A DNA stretch of 64,000 nucleotides from a virus: positions 64,001-128,000 of the IMG/VR virus record IMGVR_UViG_3300007512_001547, one strand, 5' to 3'. The notes under the pieces were generated by a model. It worked only from the letters and a program-made list of their open reading frames with translations. It was not told the origin of the DNA and ran no database searches. This document shows, one piece after another, positions 28,976-37,750 of the stretch. Position numbers and translations under genes: made by a program. Positions within the stretch are counted from its first letter, which is position 1. Every line of letters starts with the position of its first letter.

Positions 28976-29176
28976 ATGACAAATGAAGAAGACAAAAGCT
29001 ATGAAAATGAATCGGCCAGTCCATCACCAATGGTACAAATCTCAATTAAAGAGTATGACAAACTCAAAGAACATCAAAAATATATTACAGATAAAAGTTT
29101 AATTGCTGTAATTGATAAAATTGAAGAGTTAGTTAGAGCATTAAGAAAACACATAGTTAGAACAGATATAGAATAA
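28976..29176 (+). CDS. hypothetical coiled-coil protein
   Basis: SD and promoter upstream. Confidence 0.65.
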   Translation: MTNEEDKSYENESASPSPMVQISIKEYDKLKEHQKYITDKSLIAVIDKIEELVRALRKHIVRTDIE

Positions 29177-29179
29177 TAT

Positions 29180-29890
29180 ATGGATGACACTTTAAAAGAC
29201 AGTTGGATTGTTAAAGGTCCAATATCAAAAACAATTAAAGACAGAATTAAAAAAGCAGGAAAAAGATTTCACTGTAATGATAATATTTCTGAATATATTG
29301 AGGATGGTGACTTAGAAAAATTACAAGTAGAGGTACAAGAAAAATTACAAGGAGTTTTGGAAAGTCTTGTAATTGATACAGAAAACGATCACAACACACA
29401 AGAAACTGCAAAACGTGTCGCAAAAATGTACATCAAAGAAACATTTGGTGGCAGATATAATCCAATGCCAAGAATTACACACTTTCCTAATATGGGATAT
29501 AAGAGTATGTACACTAGTGGTCCAATCAGTATTAAATCAACGTGTGCTCACCATTTACAAAACATTGTAGGTAATGCTTGGGTAGGTATTATTCCAAATG
29601 GCAAAGTTATCGGATTAAGTAAGTTTAATAGAATTATTCACCATATTGTAGAAAGACCACAAATACAAGAAGAGATGACAACACAAATTGCTGATGCATT
29701 AAAAGAATATGCACATACAAGTCATATTGCAGTAGTAGTTAAAGCAGAACATCATTGCATGACACACAGAGGCGTAAGAGAACACGAATCTGATATGACA
29801 ACTGCAATTATGTTAGGTGCATTTAAAGAAGATCCAGCAACTAGAGATGAATTTTATAAAATTTGTATGAACATGAAGGGTCATGAATAA
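29180..29890 (+). CDS. folE: GTP cyclohydrolase I
   Basis: ETAKRVAK, STCAHHL, GLSK, RPQIQE and HHCMTHRG. Confidence 0.95.
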   Translation: MDDTLKDSWIVKGPISKTIKDRIKKAGKRFHCNDNISEYIEDGDLEKLQVEVQEKLQGVLESLVIDTENDHNTQETAKRVAKMYIKETFGGRYNPMPRITHFPNMGYKSMYTSGPISIKSTCAHHLQNIVGNAWVGIIPNGKVIGLSKFNRIIHHIVERPQIQEEMTTQIADALKEYAHTSHIAVVVKAEHHCMTHRGVREHESDMTTAIMLGAFKEDPATRDEFYKICMNMKGHE

Positions 29891-30158
29891 AAAACAATAC
29901 CAAAAAGAAAAAGAAAGACAAGCTAACTTACAATCAGATAATGTAGAAATGGAAAATTGGGTTCCAAGTGAAGGTTCAATAGGCACCGTCGATACTATGA
30001 ATATAGATTTTGACGTAGGTTATGATTCAGATCAAATGAATTTTGATTTTGAAAGAGATTTAAGAAAAAAATATCCTGCACTAAAAGATGCTTGGGAGCA
30101 TTATCAAAATATAAAACAAATGTGTGAAGCAAGAGAAAAAGAAGAAGATGCGAATTAA
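29883..30158 (+). CDS. hypothetical protein
   Basis: Coupled ORF; KYPALKDAWEHY. Confidence 0.6.
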   Translation: MNKKQYQKEKERQANLQSDNVEMENWVPSEGSIGTVDTMNIDFDVGYDSDQMNFDFERDLRKKYPALKDAWEHYQNIKQMCEAREKEEDAN

Positions 30159-31191
30159 CCAAGATCCAAAACTAAATTACGAAGACGTTTTATTACAACC
30201 AAAACGTTCCACGTTATCATCAAGAAAAGATGTAGACATGACTCGTAAGTTTACATTTCGGAACTCAGACAAAGTAATGAACTTTACACCAATCTTTGCA
30301 AGTAATATGGATGGTGTTGGTACATTTAGTATGGCAAAAATATTACAAGAATATAAAATGATGACTGTTATTACAAAATCCACTACTCCAGATCAATGGA
30401 AAGAGGCAGTAGGCAATGGTGTAAGATTACAAAGTGTTTCTGTATGTACAGGCACAAATAAAATGTTTGATGATGAAGCTGAAGATTATACTAATATGCA
30501 AGAAATATTAAAAAGTTTTCCTGATATTAAAATGATTACAATAGATGTTGCTAATGCATATCATCAAAATATGGTTGGCTTTGTTCAAAAAGTTAGAGAA
30601 GAATATCCAGACAAAGTTATTGTAGCAGGTAACGTAGTAACACCTGAGATGACCGAAGAATTAATTATTAACGGTGCTGACGTAGTTAAAATAGGAATAG
30701 GACCAGGTAGTGTTTGCACTACACGAACAATGACTGGTGTTGGTGTTCCACAATTTTCAGCAATATTAGAATGTGCTGATGCGGCTAATGGTGTTGATGG
30801 ACACATAATGGCGGATGGTGGTTGCACACAACCAGGAGATATTGCAAAAGCATTAGGTGGTGGTGCACATATGGTTATGATTGGCGGTATGTTAGCAGGA
30901 CATAACGAATCAGAAGTAGAAGTAAAAGACGGATTTAGAGAATTTTATGGCATGAGTTCTGATCGTGCAAGAGAAGTACACGGCAAAAGAAAAGACGGAT
31001 ATAGAGGCAACGAAGGTAGAGTAGTACATTTACCTGATAGAGGACCTGTTAAAGAAACTATAGAAAATATACTTGGCGGTGTAAGAAGTGCTTGTACATA
31101 TATTGGTGCAAGACGATTAAAAGATATGCCTAAATGTGCAACTTTTGTAACAACATACAACGTAATTAATAAAGTTTACGAGCAATTTTAA
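30148..31191 (+). CDS. guaC: GMP reductase
   Basis: PKRSTLSSRKDV, ASNMDGVG, DVANAY, GIGPGSVCTT, ADGGC and FYGMSS; start MRINQD. Confidence 0.93.
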   Translation: MRINQDPKLNYEDVLLQPKRSTLSSRKDVDMTRKFTFRNSDKVMNFTPIFASNMDGVGTFSMAKILQEYKMMTVITKSTTPDQWKEAVGNGVRLQSVSVCTGTNKMFDDEAEDYTNMQEILKSFPDIKMITIDVANAYHQNMVGFVQKVREEYPDKVIVAGNVVTPEMTEELIINGADVVKIGIGPGSVCTTRTMTGVGVPQFSAILECADAANGVDGHIMADGGCTQPGDIAKALGGGAHMVMIGGMLAGHNESEVEVKDGFREFYGMSSDRAREVHGKRKDGYRGNEGRVVHLPDRGPVKETIENILGGVRSACTYIGARRLKDMPKCATFVTTYNVINKVYEQF

Positions 31192-31208
31192 ATATTTAAA
31201 TACATTAT

Positions 31209-32387
31209 ATGATTCCTAATAAGAATACATTTTGTATTGCTCCATGGTTTAGTGTTTTTATTGATTCAAGAAAAAAATTATCACCATGTTGCAAAAGTAA
31301 TAAGACAAACAAATACAATTATTCTCAATTAAACGATTATTTTTTTTCTAACGAATTAGAACAATTACGCAAAGACTTAATTAATGGAATAAAAAACAAG
31401 ACTTGTTCAGCATGTTGGGAAACAGAAGAACAAAACGGAGATTCATTACGAAAACAATACAATAGGACTTTAGCCATGAGATTTGATAAAGGTTCTATTC
31501 TCAATCAAATCAATAATCCATCAGTAAAAAATATAAAAAGTTTTGATCTAGTTCTAGGAAATTTATGCAATTTAAAGTGTATAATGTGTAATCCAGGACA
31601 AAGTAGTCAATTACTAGCAGAAGCAAATTTAAATCCTGAATTGAAAAAATGGTATACAAAAAATACTACATATAATCAAAAATTATTTAATTGGCCAGAA
31701 GACAATGATTTTGTCAACTGGTGTGAGAAAAATCTACCACAAAGTATTCATATAAAATTTACTGGTGGAGAACCTTTTATAATTCCGGGGCTTCATAAAA
31801 TTATAGAACAAATCCCAGACTCACAAAAGAAGAATTGTATTTTGCATTTTACTACAAATTTAACGAATATTAATAAAGATATATTAAATTATTTTACAAA
31901 ATTTAAAGAAGTTTGGCTGAGTGTTTCTTGCGAAGGTATAGAAGAAACACTAGAATATGTAAGATTTGGTCATAAATGGAAAACACTAGATGAAAATTTT
32001 AAAATTATTCAAAATATGAATTCAAAAAACATTATTTTAGCAGTAAATTATGTTGTTCAAGCACTCAGTTATCATTCAATCATAGCTATGGTTAAATATT
32101 TTGATTCACTTAAAATTAAAATAGATCCTATTATGTTATCAGATCCAAAACACTTCCATATTTCATCATTAACCAAATATGCTAAAAACAAATTTATATC
32201 CGATACTAAGGATTATAATGGTTTTAATAAAAGTTTTGTCAATTTTATAAGAAACATGTCTAAAAAATACATTGATCACGATAAAAGTCTTTCTAAAAAA
32301 TGTATTAAACATTTAGAATTACTAGATAAAAGTAGAAAAACAAATTATAAAAAAATAATACCGTTTGAAAATTTACATCAAATATAG
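31209..32387 (+). CDS. Twitch/SPASM radical SAM protein (paralog 5)
   Basis: FCIAPW..PCC..CSACW, CNLKCIMC and TGGEP. Confidence 0.88.
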   Translation: MIPNKNTFCIAPWFSVFIDSRKKLSPCCKSNKTNKYNYSQLNDYFFSNELEQLRKDLINGIKNKTCSACWETEEQNGDSLRKQYNRTLAMRFDKGSILNQINNPSVKNIKSFDLVLGNLCNLKCIMCNPGQSSQLLAEANLNPELKKWYTKNTTYNQKLFNWPEDNDFVNWCEKNLPQSIHIKFTGGEPFIIPGLHKIIEQIPDSQKKNCILHFTTNLTNINKDILNYFTKFKEVWLSVSCEGIEETLEYVRFGHKWKTLDENFKIIQNMNSKNIILAVNYVVQALSYHSIIAMVKYFDSLKIKIDPIMLSDPKHFHISSLTKYAKNKFISDTKDYNGFNKSFVNFIRNMSKKYIDHDKSLSKKCIKHLELLDKSRKTNYKKIIPFENLHQI

Positions 32388-32398
32388 TAAAATAAAAT

Positions 32399-32857
32399 AT
32401 GGATACAAAGAAAAACTATTTTACAACAGGTCAAATGCGTAATGCATTAATACAAATAGAAGATCAAATGGTCCACTCCAATTGGATGCCAACTATTATA
32501 TTAGGTATTAATAGAGGTGGTTGTATTCCTGGCGTTTACCTTTCACACAGACTTAATATAGCACACGAAGTACTTGATATACGATTAAGAGATCATACAA
32601 CAAAGCCAAATCTATCTGTATTAGAAAAAGCGTTTGCATTTCAAAAGAAAATTTTAATCATTGATGATATTAATGATACAGGAGCAACGTTCAATTATAT
32701 TGTTGAAAATTTTAGTAAGGGTGATGGTAGAATTAAATTTGCCGCACTTATACATAATAAACCAAGCAAAGCAAAAGTAGATTACCAAGGATACAAAATA
32801 GACAAGTCAAAAGATCCTGCATGGATTGTTTTCCCATGGGAAGAATGGGACAAATAA
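32399..32857 (+). CDS. gpt: type I phosphoribosyltransferase (xanthine-guanine PRT-like)
   Basis: RGG, LIIDDINDTGAT PRPP loop and WIVFPWE. Confidence 0.8.
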   Translation: MDTKKNYFTTGQMRNALIQIEDQMVHSNWMPTIILGINRGGCIPGVYLSHRLNIAHEVLDIRLRDHTTKPNLSVLEKAFAFQKKILIIDDINDTGATFNYIVENFSKGDGRIKFAALIHNKPSKAKVDYQGYKIDKSKDPAWIVFPWEEWDK

Positions 32858-32868
32858 TTTACACTCTG

Positions 32869-32897
32869 TTGACAAATCATCTAAATAATAGTAAAAT
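32869..32897 (+). promoter_or_regulatory. sigma70 promoter, leaderless-type
   Basis: TTGACA-17 bp-TAAAAT, 6 nt before ATG 32904 with no SD. Confidence 0.65.
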
Positions 32898-32903
32898 AAT
32901 ATT

Positions 32904-33293
32904 ATGTCAAATATAGCAGGAAAAATTTGGGGATCTACAGAACTTATTCTCGCAAACAGTTCATTAGAATTTCATAGAATAGATTATAAAAAAGGTGGTG
33001 TTTGCTCTAAACACAAACACGAATACAAATGGAATGGCTTCTATTGTATGACAGGAAAACTAAAAATTAAAGTATGGCAAAAAGATTACAATTTAGTAGA
33101 CGAAACTATTTTAAACCCTGGCGATTTTACTGCTGTCAAACCACAATTATTCCATTCATTTGAAGGCTTAGAAGACGGTGTTGCATTTGAATTATATTGG
33201 GCAGAATTCAGACACAACGATATACAAAGAGAATCTGTAGGACACTTAACAGAAGGCAACGTAGTTAGACTGGATAAGAAAAAAGGAAAGTAA
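32904..33293 (+). CDS. cupin-fold protein
   Basis: GKIWG, CSKHKHE motif 1 and LNPGD...HSFE motif 2. Confidence 0.75.
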   Translation: MSNIAGKIWGSTELILANSSLEFHRIDYKKGGVCSKHKHEYKWNGFYCMTGKLKIKVWQKDYNLVDETILNPGDFTAVKPQLFHSFEGLEDGVAFELYWAEFRHNDIQRESVGHLTEGNVVRLDKKKGK

Positions 33294-33294
33294 C

Positions 33295-34296
33295 ATGATT
33301 CCTATAAAAGGATATGCAACTTTTCACCCATTAAAACATTGTTGGATAGGATCCGGATTTAAAGCAGAATGGTTTCAAGATTTACCTATATATAAAAATA
33401 ACAAAATTATGGATCCTTTGAAACGTATTGCAGAGGAAACCGAAGAAGATTCTCAAACACTAGAAAAAATATTAAAAGATGCTGGTGTAAAAACACATCG
33501 CAGTTGGTTGGATATAGATAAGGTAGGTTCTCTTAAAAATATATTTCGTCCACCAGTTAACCCAAGAGACCATTTTGCAGTAATTGGTGAAAAACTATAT
33601 GCCTGCCATGGATCGGGTACTCCTGGATATGTAGATATTTTAAAACAAATAGACAAAAAAAATCTATACATAAACATACAAGACAGTACAATTACTTCTG
33701 CTTGTATTTGTAGAGTAGGAAAAGATTTGTATTGGGATCACGGTGTTACTGACACAACCGAAGCAACTATAAAAAAATTTACAGACATTTGGACTAAGGA
33801 AGGATTTAGAGTACATAAATCAAACAGAGGTTATCATTCAGATGGTGTGTTTTGTGTTGTGAAACCTGGTTGTATTGTTTCATTAAACGATATACAAGAT
33901 TATAAAACAGAATTCCCAGGCTGGGACGTACTATATCTACCAGATCAATCGTGGGATAAAGTAAGTCCTTTTTTAGAAATGAAAAAAAAAGTAGGAGGAC
34001 GTTGGTGGTTAAAAGGAGAAGAGCATAACGATCAATTAATTGAATTTGTTGACACATGGTTAAATGATTGGGTTGGTTATGTGGAAGAAACTGTATTTGA
34101 TGTTAATATGTTGTCAGTTGACGAAAACAGAATAATATGCAACAATTACAACAAAGACGTATTTGAACATTTTAAAAAACATAAAGTTGAACCAATTATA
34201 TTCAACTTTAGACATAGATACTTTTGGGATGGTGGAATACATTGTATAACACAAGATTTATATAGAGAAGGAAAAATGGAGGATTACTTTGGCTGA
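33295..34296 (+). CDS. amidinotransferase (pentein superfamily)
   Basis: NPRD, HSDG, FDVN and GGIHCITQD with catalytic Asp/His/Cys. Confidence 0.8.
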   Translation: MIPIKGYATFHPLKHCWIGSGFKAEWFQDLPIYKNNKIMDPLKRIAEETEEDSQTLEKILKDAGVKTHRSWLDIDKVGSLKNIFRPPVNPRDHFAVIGEKLYACHGSGTPGYVDILKQIDKKNLYINIQDSTITSACICRVGKDLYWDHGVTDTTEATIKKFTDIWTKEGFRVHKSNRGYHSDGVFCVVKPGCIVSLNDIQDYKTEFPGWDVLYLPDQSWDKVSPFLEMKKKVGGRWWLKGEEHNDQLIEFVDTWLNDWVGYVEETVFDVNMLSVDENRIICNNYNKDVFEHFKKHKVEPIIFNFRHRYFWDGGIHCITQDLYREGKMEDYFG

Positions 34297-34627
34297 CATA
34301 TATCACATTTGGGCAGATCATCATAAAGACGTAGACGCATATGACTTTGCAAAAAAAATGCGAAAGTTTTTAGATGGTTTAGTTGAAATGGGTAAAATGA
34401 AAAGTTACAGACTTACAAGATCAAAATTAGGTTTTAGATCAATGGATATGCCTGAATTTCATGTTATGATGGAATTTACCAATATGCAACAACTAGATGA
34501 TGCTATGACAAGCATAATCCGTAATGAAGAAAAAATAGATGAATCACACGTTTCGTTTAATCAATTAGTAAACAAAGAAACAATACAACACTTTTTATAC
34601 AGAGATTTTCCAGATGAACTCAAATAA
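34289..34627 (+). CDS. DUF6614-like protein
   Basis: IYHIWA...YRLTRSKLGF..EFHVMMEF..QLD..LYRDFPD. Confidence 0.65.
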   Translation: MADIYHIWADHHKDVDAYDFAKKMRKFLDGLVEMGKMKSYRLTRSKLGFRSMDMPEFHVMMEFTNMQQLDDAMTSIIRNEEKIDESHVSFNQLVNKETIQHFLYRDFPDELK

Positions 34628-35525
34628 AAAAATAGTAATTGCTTACCATCCTGGAATGTATGGCGGATTACTAAGATGGTTATTGGACAGATTTTCTCCT
34701 GATTGTAAATTTAAACACATTAACAATCCATGGGATGAACATGATAGAGTACATGGAGTATTTGAATACAATAACAAATTTAATCGGGCAGATTTAAATT
34801 TTAAAGTACCATCAGATAATTCAACAAATAAGATAGTGATATATTTTAATTTATCTGATTTATTATTTGCAGAAAGATGTACTTTTTATAGAGGTGAGGG
34901 ATTTGAAGATGATACAGGTAGATATAAGATACTTATATCTGACTCTGACATTAAATTGTTAAATTTATTTAAAATTGATAAAACAAAAAACTCTAAAGCA
35001 GTTACTAAAGAACTTTACAAAATACAACTACATGACGGTGAAAATGGAATTTGGTCTGACCGTATTATTAAATTTATGTCAAACCCAACTTACTATCAAT
35101 TTCCTGTTTATGCACTCTGGAACAAAGATCTGTTCATACAACAACTTCGAACTATTAGCAATAAATTTATACTTGATTTAGAAATTGACGAAACTATTAT
35201 TGAAAACGTAACAAAAAAAATAAGTGAAACATTTGTTATAAAAACAAGAAACAGAGCAAAGACTGTATTAGAAGCAATACAAAATAAACAACAAATGAAT
35301 TGCAGTGAATTAGATATATTAGAACAGGCCTGGATAGAAGTTTTATTAGAAAAACAACACGATTCTATAATTTTTCCATATGGTACTAATTGGTTTAAAA
35401 ATACCAATCAAATTAATGAATTTTTAGAAACATATCCTTCGTATCTAAAACATATGAATCCACGATTACCATGGTATAATAATGCAAAAAATCCCTTTTA
35501 TTGGAGTACGTTGACAGAAAAGTAA
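34614..35525 (+). CDS. uncharacterised protein, tandem paralog A (sulfotransferase-like N-terminal loop)
   Basis: IAYHPGMYGGLLRWLL; near-identical ends with the next gene. Confidence 0.7.
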   Translation: MNSNKKIVIAYHPGMYGGLLRWLLDRFSPDCKFKHINNPWDEHDRVHGVFEYNNKFNRADLNFKVPSDNSTNKIVIYFNLSDLLFAERCTFYRGEGFEDDTGRYKILISDSDIKLLNLFKIDKTKNSKAVTKELYKIQLHDGENGIWSDRIIKFMSNPTYYQFPVYALWNKDLFIQQLRTISNKFILDLEIDETIIENVTKKISETFVIKTRNRAKTVLEAIQNKQQMNCSELDILEQAWIEVLLEKQHDSIIFPYGTNWFKNTNQINEFLETYPSYLKHMNPRLPWYNNAKNPFYWSTLTEK

Positions 35526-35689
35526 ATAGCTTAAACCAGATGAGTAAAATACAAATTGTTTATCATTCAGGCACATATGGAAGATTATTACGTTGGTTAT
35601 TGGACAGATTTTCTCCTGATTGTAAATTTAAACACATTAACAATCCATGGGATGAACATGATAGAGTACATGGAGTATTTGAATACAAT
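34677..35689 (+). repeat. 96-bp perfect direct repeat (34677-34772 = 35594-35689)
   Basis: TGGTTATTGGACAG...TTTGAATACAAT read identical in both copies. Confidence 0.9.
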
Positions 35690-36412
35690 CAAAGATTTAG
35701 GAGGGCACATCAAATAAAAAAAAACAGAGGTGAAAGTTCGATTGACCCGGAGGCAAGTAAAATAATTATAAATTTTAATCTAGACGATTTATTGTTTGTT
35801 GAACGTTGTGGATTCTACAGGAACCCAAAAAATTATACAGAACAAGCAAGATACAAATCTATTATTAATGACACAGATATTAAAATTTTAAAATTGTTTA
35901 ACATCAATAAAGACAAAATACACAAATCTGTTGCCAAAGAAATTTACAAAATACAATTACACGATCATGAAAACCATAGACATTGGAAAGAAATGACAAA
36001 ATATATGAAAAACAATAATCATTATCAATTCTCTATATATGCATTATGGAACAAAGAGAATTTTATTAAAGAGCTTAAAGCAATATCTAACAAGTTCTCA
36101 CTTGACCTAAATATCAATGAAGCTATTATAAGCAACATTACAGAAAAAATTAGTAAGATGTATCCAATTTCTACGAAATATAGAGCAAAAAATATTTTAA
36201 AAGCAATTAAAGAAAATACCAATATAGAGTGTAACGAATTAGATATACTTGAACAAGCATGGATAGAAGTAATACTAGAAAAACAACACGATTCTATAAT
36301 TTTTCCATATGGTACTAATTGGTTTGGAAATACCAATCAAATAAATGAATTTTTAGAAACATATCCTTCGTATCTAAAACATATGAATCCACGATTACCA
36401 TGGTATAATAAT
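35347..36412 (+). repeat. 137-bp direct repeat, 3 mismatches (35347-35483 / 36276-36412)
   Basis: TAGAAAAACAACACG...TGGTATAATAAT compared by eye. Confidence 0.88.
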
Positions 36413-36460
36413 ATAAAAAATCCATTTTATTACAATGAATTGACATACCCGCAAAAGTAG
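35540..36460 (+). CDS. uncharacterised protein, tandem paralog B
   Basis: Start MSKIQIVYHSGTYG at 35540, aligned to paralog A. Confidence 0.7.
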   Translation: MSKIQIVYHSGTYGRLLRWLLDRFSPDCKFKHINNPWDEHDRVHGVFEYNQRFRRAHQIKKNRGESSIDPEASKIIINFNLDDLLFVERCGFYRNPKNYTEQARYKSIINDTDIKILKLFNINKDKIHKSVAKEIYKIQLHDHENHRHWKEMTKYMKNNNHYQFSIYALWNKENFIKELKAISNKFSLDLNINEAIISNITEKISKMYPISTKYRAKNILKAIKENTNIECNELDILEQAWIEVILEKQHDSIIFPYGTNWFGNTNQINEFLETYPSYLKHMNPRLPWYNNIKNPFYYNELTYPQK

Positions 36461-36468
36461 TATACAAT
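36440..36468 (+). promoter_or_regulatory. sigma70 promoter for queE
   Basis: TTGACA-17 bp-TACAAT. Confidence 0.6.
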
Positions 36469-36509
36469 TAAAGAATAGTAGAAACAACAAAAAATATAGA
36501 TCCAAAAAT

Positions 36510-37397
36510 ATGGAAAAAATAAGATATTCAGAAATATTTCATTCAGTACAAGGTGAAGGGCGATTTGTAGGCGTACCTAGTGTATTCTTTAGAGTATTTG
36601 GTTGCAATTTCCATTGTCATGGATTTGGGCAAGGTAGAGATAAAAGTAAATGGCTTAAACCAGAAGAAATGCCATATTCCACGCAAGACCTATCAGAACT
36701 TAAAAATATTAAAGATTTACCTGTTGTTGATATTGGCTGTGACGCAAGTGCAAGTTGGTCAACAAGATATAAACATTTAGTTGATTGGGAACCTATAGAT
36801 AAAATTGCAAAACAAATTATATCTTTCACACCAGAAAATAAGTGGATATGTTCTACAGGACAAGATATACATTTTGTTATAACAGGTGGAGAACCTATGT
36901 TGTGGCAAAGAGAAACACAACATTTATTAAGACAACCACAATTTAATGATTTAAAAAATTTAACTATTGAAACTAATTGCACACAACCATTTAAAGAAAA
37001 CTTTGATAAATTTATGCACGGTTTAACTGCTGGTGATTATACAAAACATCCAGTTCACGTAACTTGGTCAACTTCACCAAAATTATCAATATCAGGTGAG
37101 AAGTGGGAAAAAGCAATTAAACCTGAAGTTGCAAGACAATATTCAGAAATACCAAACACACATTTATATTTTAAATTTGTTGTTGAAGATGAAGAAGATT
37201 TAGAAGAAGTTGATATGGCAAGAAAAGCATATGCAGACGCAGGTGTAGAAGCAGACATATATCTAATGGCAGTAGGTGCCACAGTTGAAGGGCAATCTAA
37301 AACTGCTAAACAAGTCGCTGACTTATGTTTGAAATATGGTTTTAAATATTCTCCAAGACTGCACGTAGATTTATTTGGTAATAAGTGGGGAACATAA
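36510..37397 (+). CDS. queE: 7-carboxy-7-deazaguanine synthase (radical SAM)
   Basis: EIFHSVQGEG..GVPSVFFR..GCNFHC....CD, ITGGEP, IETN, SPKL and SPRLHV. Confidence 0.92.
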   Translation: MEKIRYSEIFHSVQGEGRFVGVPSVFFRVFGCNFHCHGFGQGRDKSKWLKPEEMPYSTQDLSELKNIKDLPVVDIGCDASASWSTRYKHLVDWEPIDKIAKQIISFTPENKWICSTGQDIHFVITGGEPMLWQRETQHLLRQPQFNDLKNLTIETNCTQPFKENFDKFMHGLTAGDYTKHPVHVTWSTSPKLSISGEKWEKAIKPEVARQYSEIPNTHLYFKFVVEDEEDLEEVDMARKAYADAGVEADIYLMAVGATVEGQSKTAKQVADLCLKYGFKYSPRLHVDLFGNKWGT

Positions 37398-37750
37398 TGA
37401 TTGCAAAAAAAGGAAAAACAAACTATAATAAAACAATGAAAGTTAAAAAAACTACAAAACCGAGAGCAAAAAAGAAAACTACTAAAAGTGAGGAACCTTG
37501 GGTTAAGGTTTTAAATATAAATGTTAGTCCAGACAATCCACGTAATGGATTTTTTGAACTAGATTGGAATGACGAATTTGTTAACAATTTAAAACAACAT
37601 GGATATCTTGGTCAATCAGATGAAGAAATAGTTGACAGATGGTTTCAAACTCTCTGTCGAACAATTGGCAATGAGCAAGGTATTGACGTTACTGGCTCTG
37701 GTTATGTTCAAATAAACAGACGAGATGATGGCAAAACAGAGGTCTCGTAA
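37385..37750 (+). CDS. hypothetical protein
   Basis: Coupled ORF; FELDWNDEF motif. Confidence 0.7.
   Translation: MGNIMIAKKGKTNYNKTMKVKKTTKPRAKKKTTKSEEPWVKVLNINVSPDNPRNGFFELDWNDEFVNNLKQHGYLGQSDEEIVDRWFQTLCRTIGNEQGIDVTGSGYVQINRRDDGKTEVS

Noticed and set aside
30148-31191. IMP dehydrogenase
   Set aside because: It has no CBS domains, and the length and N-terminal PKRSTLSSR / ASNMDGVG pattern fit type-1 GMP reductase.
34677-36412. Direct repeats as a CRISPR array or DGR template/variable pair
   Set aside because: There are only two long copies, both inside full-length ORFs. No spacers, no adenine-specific mismatch pattern of meaningful size, and no reverse transcriptase appear in the window.
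8447-36780. Same-strand alternative-frame ORFs (8447-8629, 29373-29570, 34975-35181, 36580-36780)
   Set aside because: They are fully nested in longer, better-supported genes, and there is no slippery-site or SD evidence for use.
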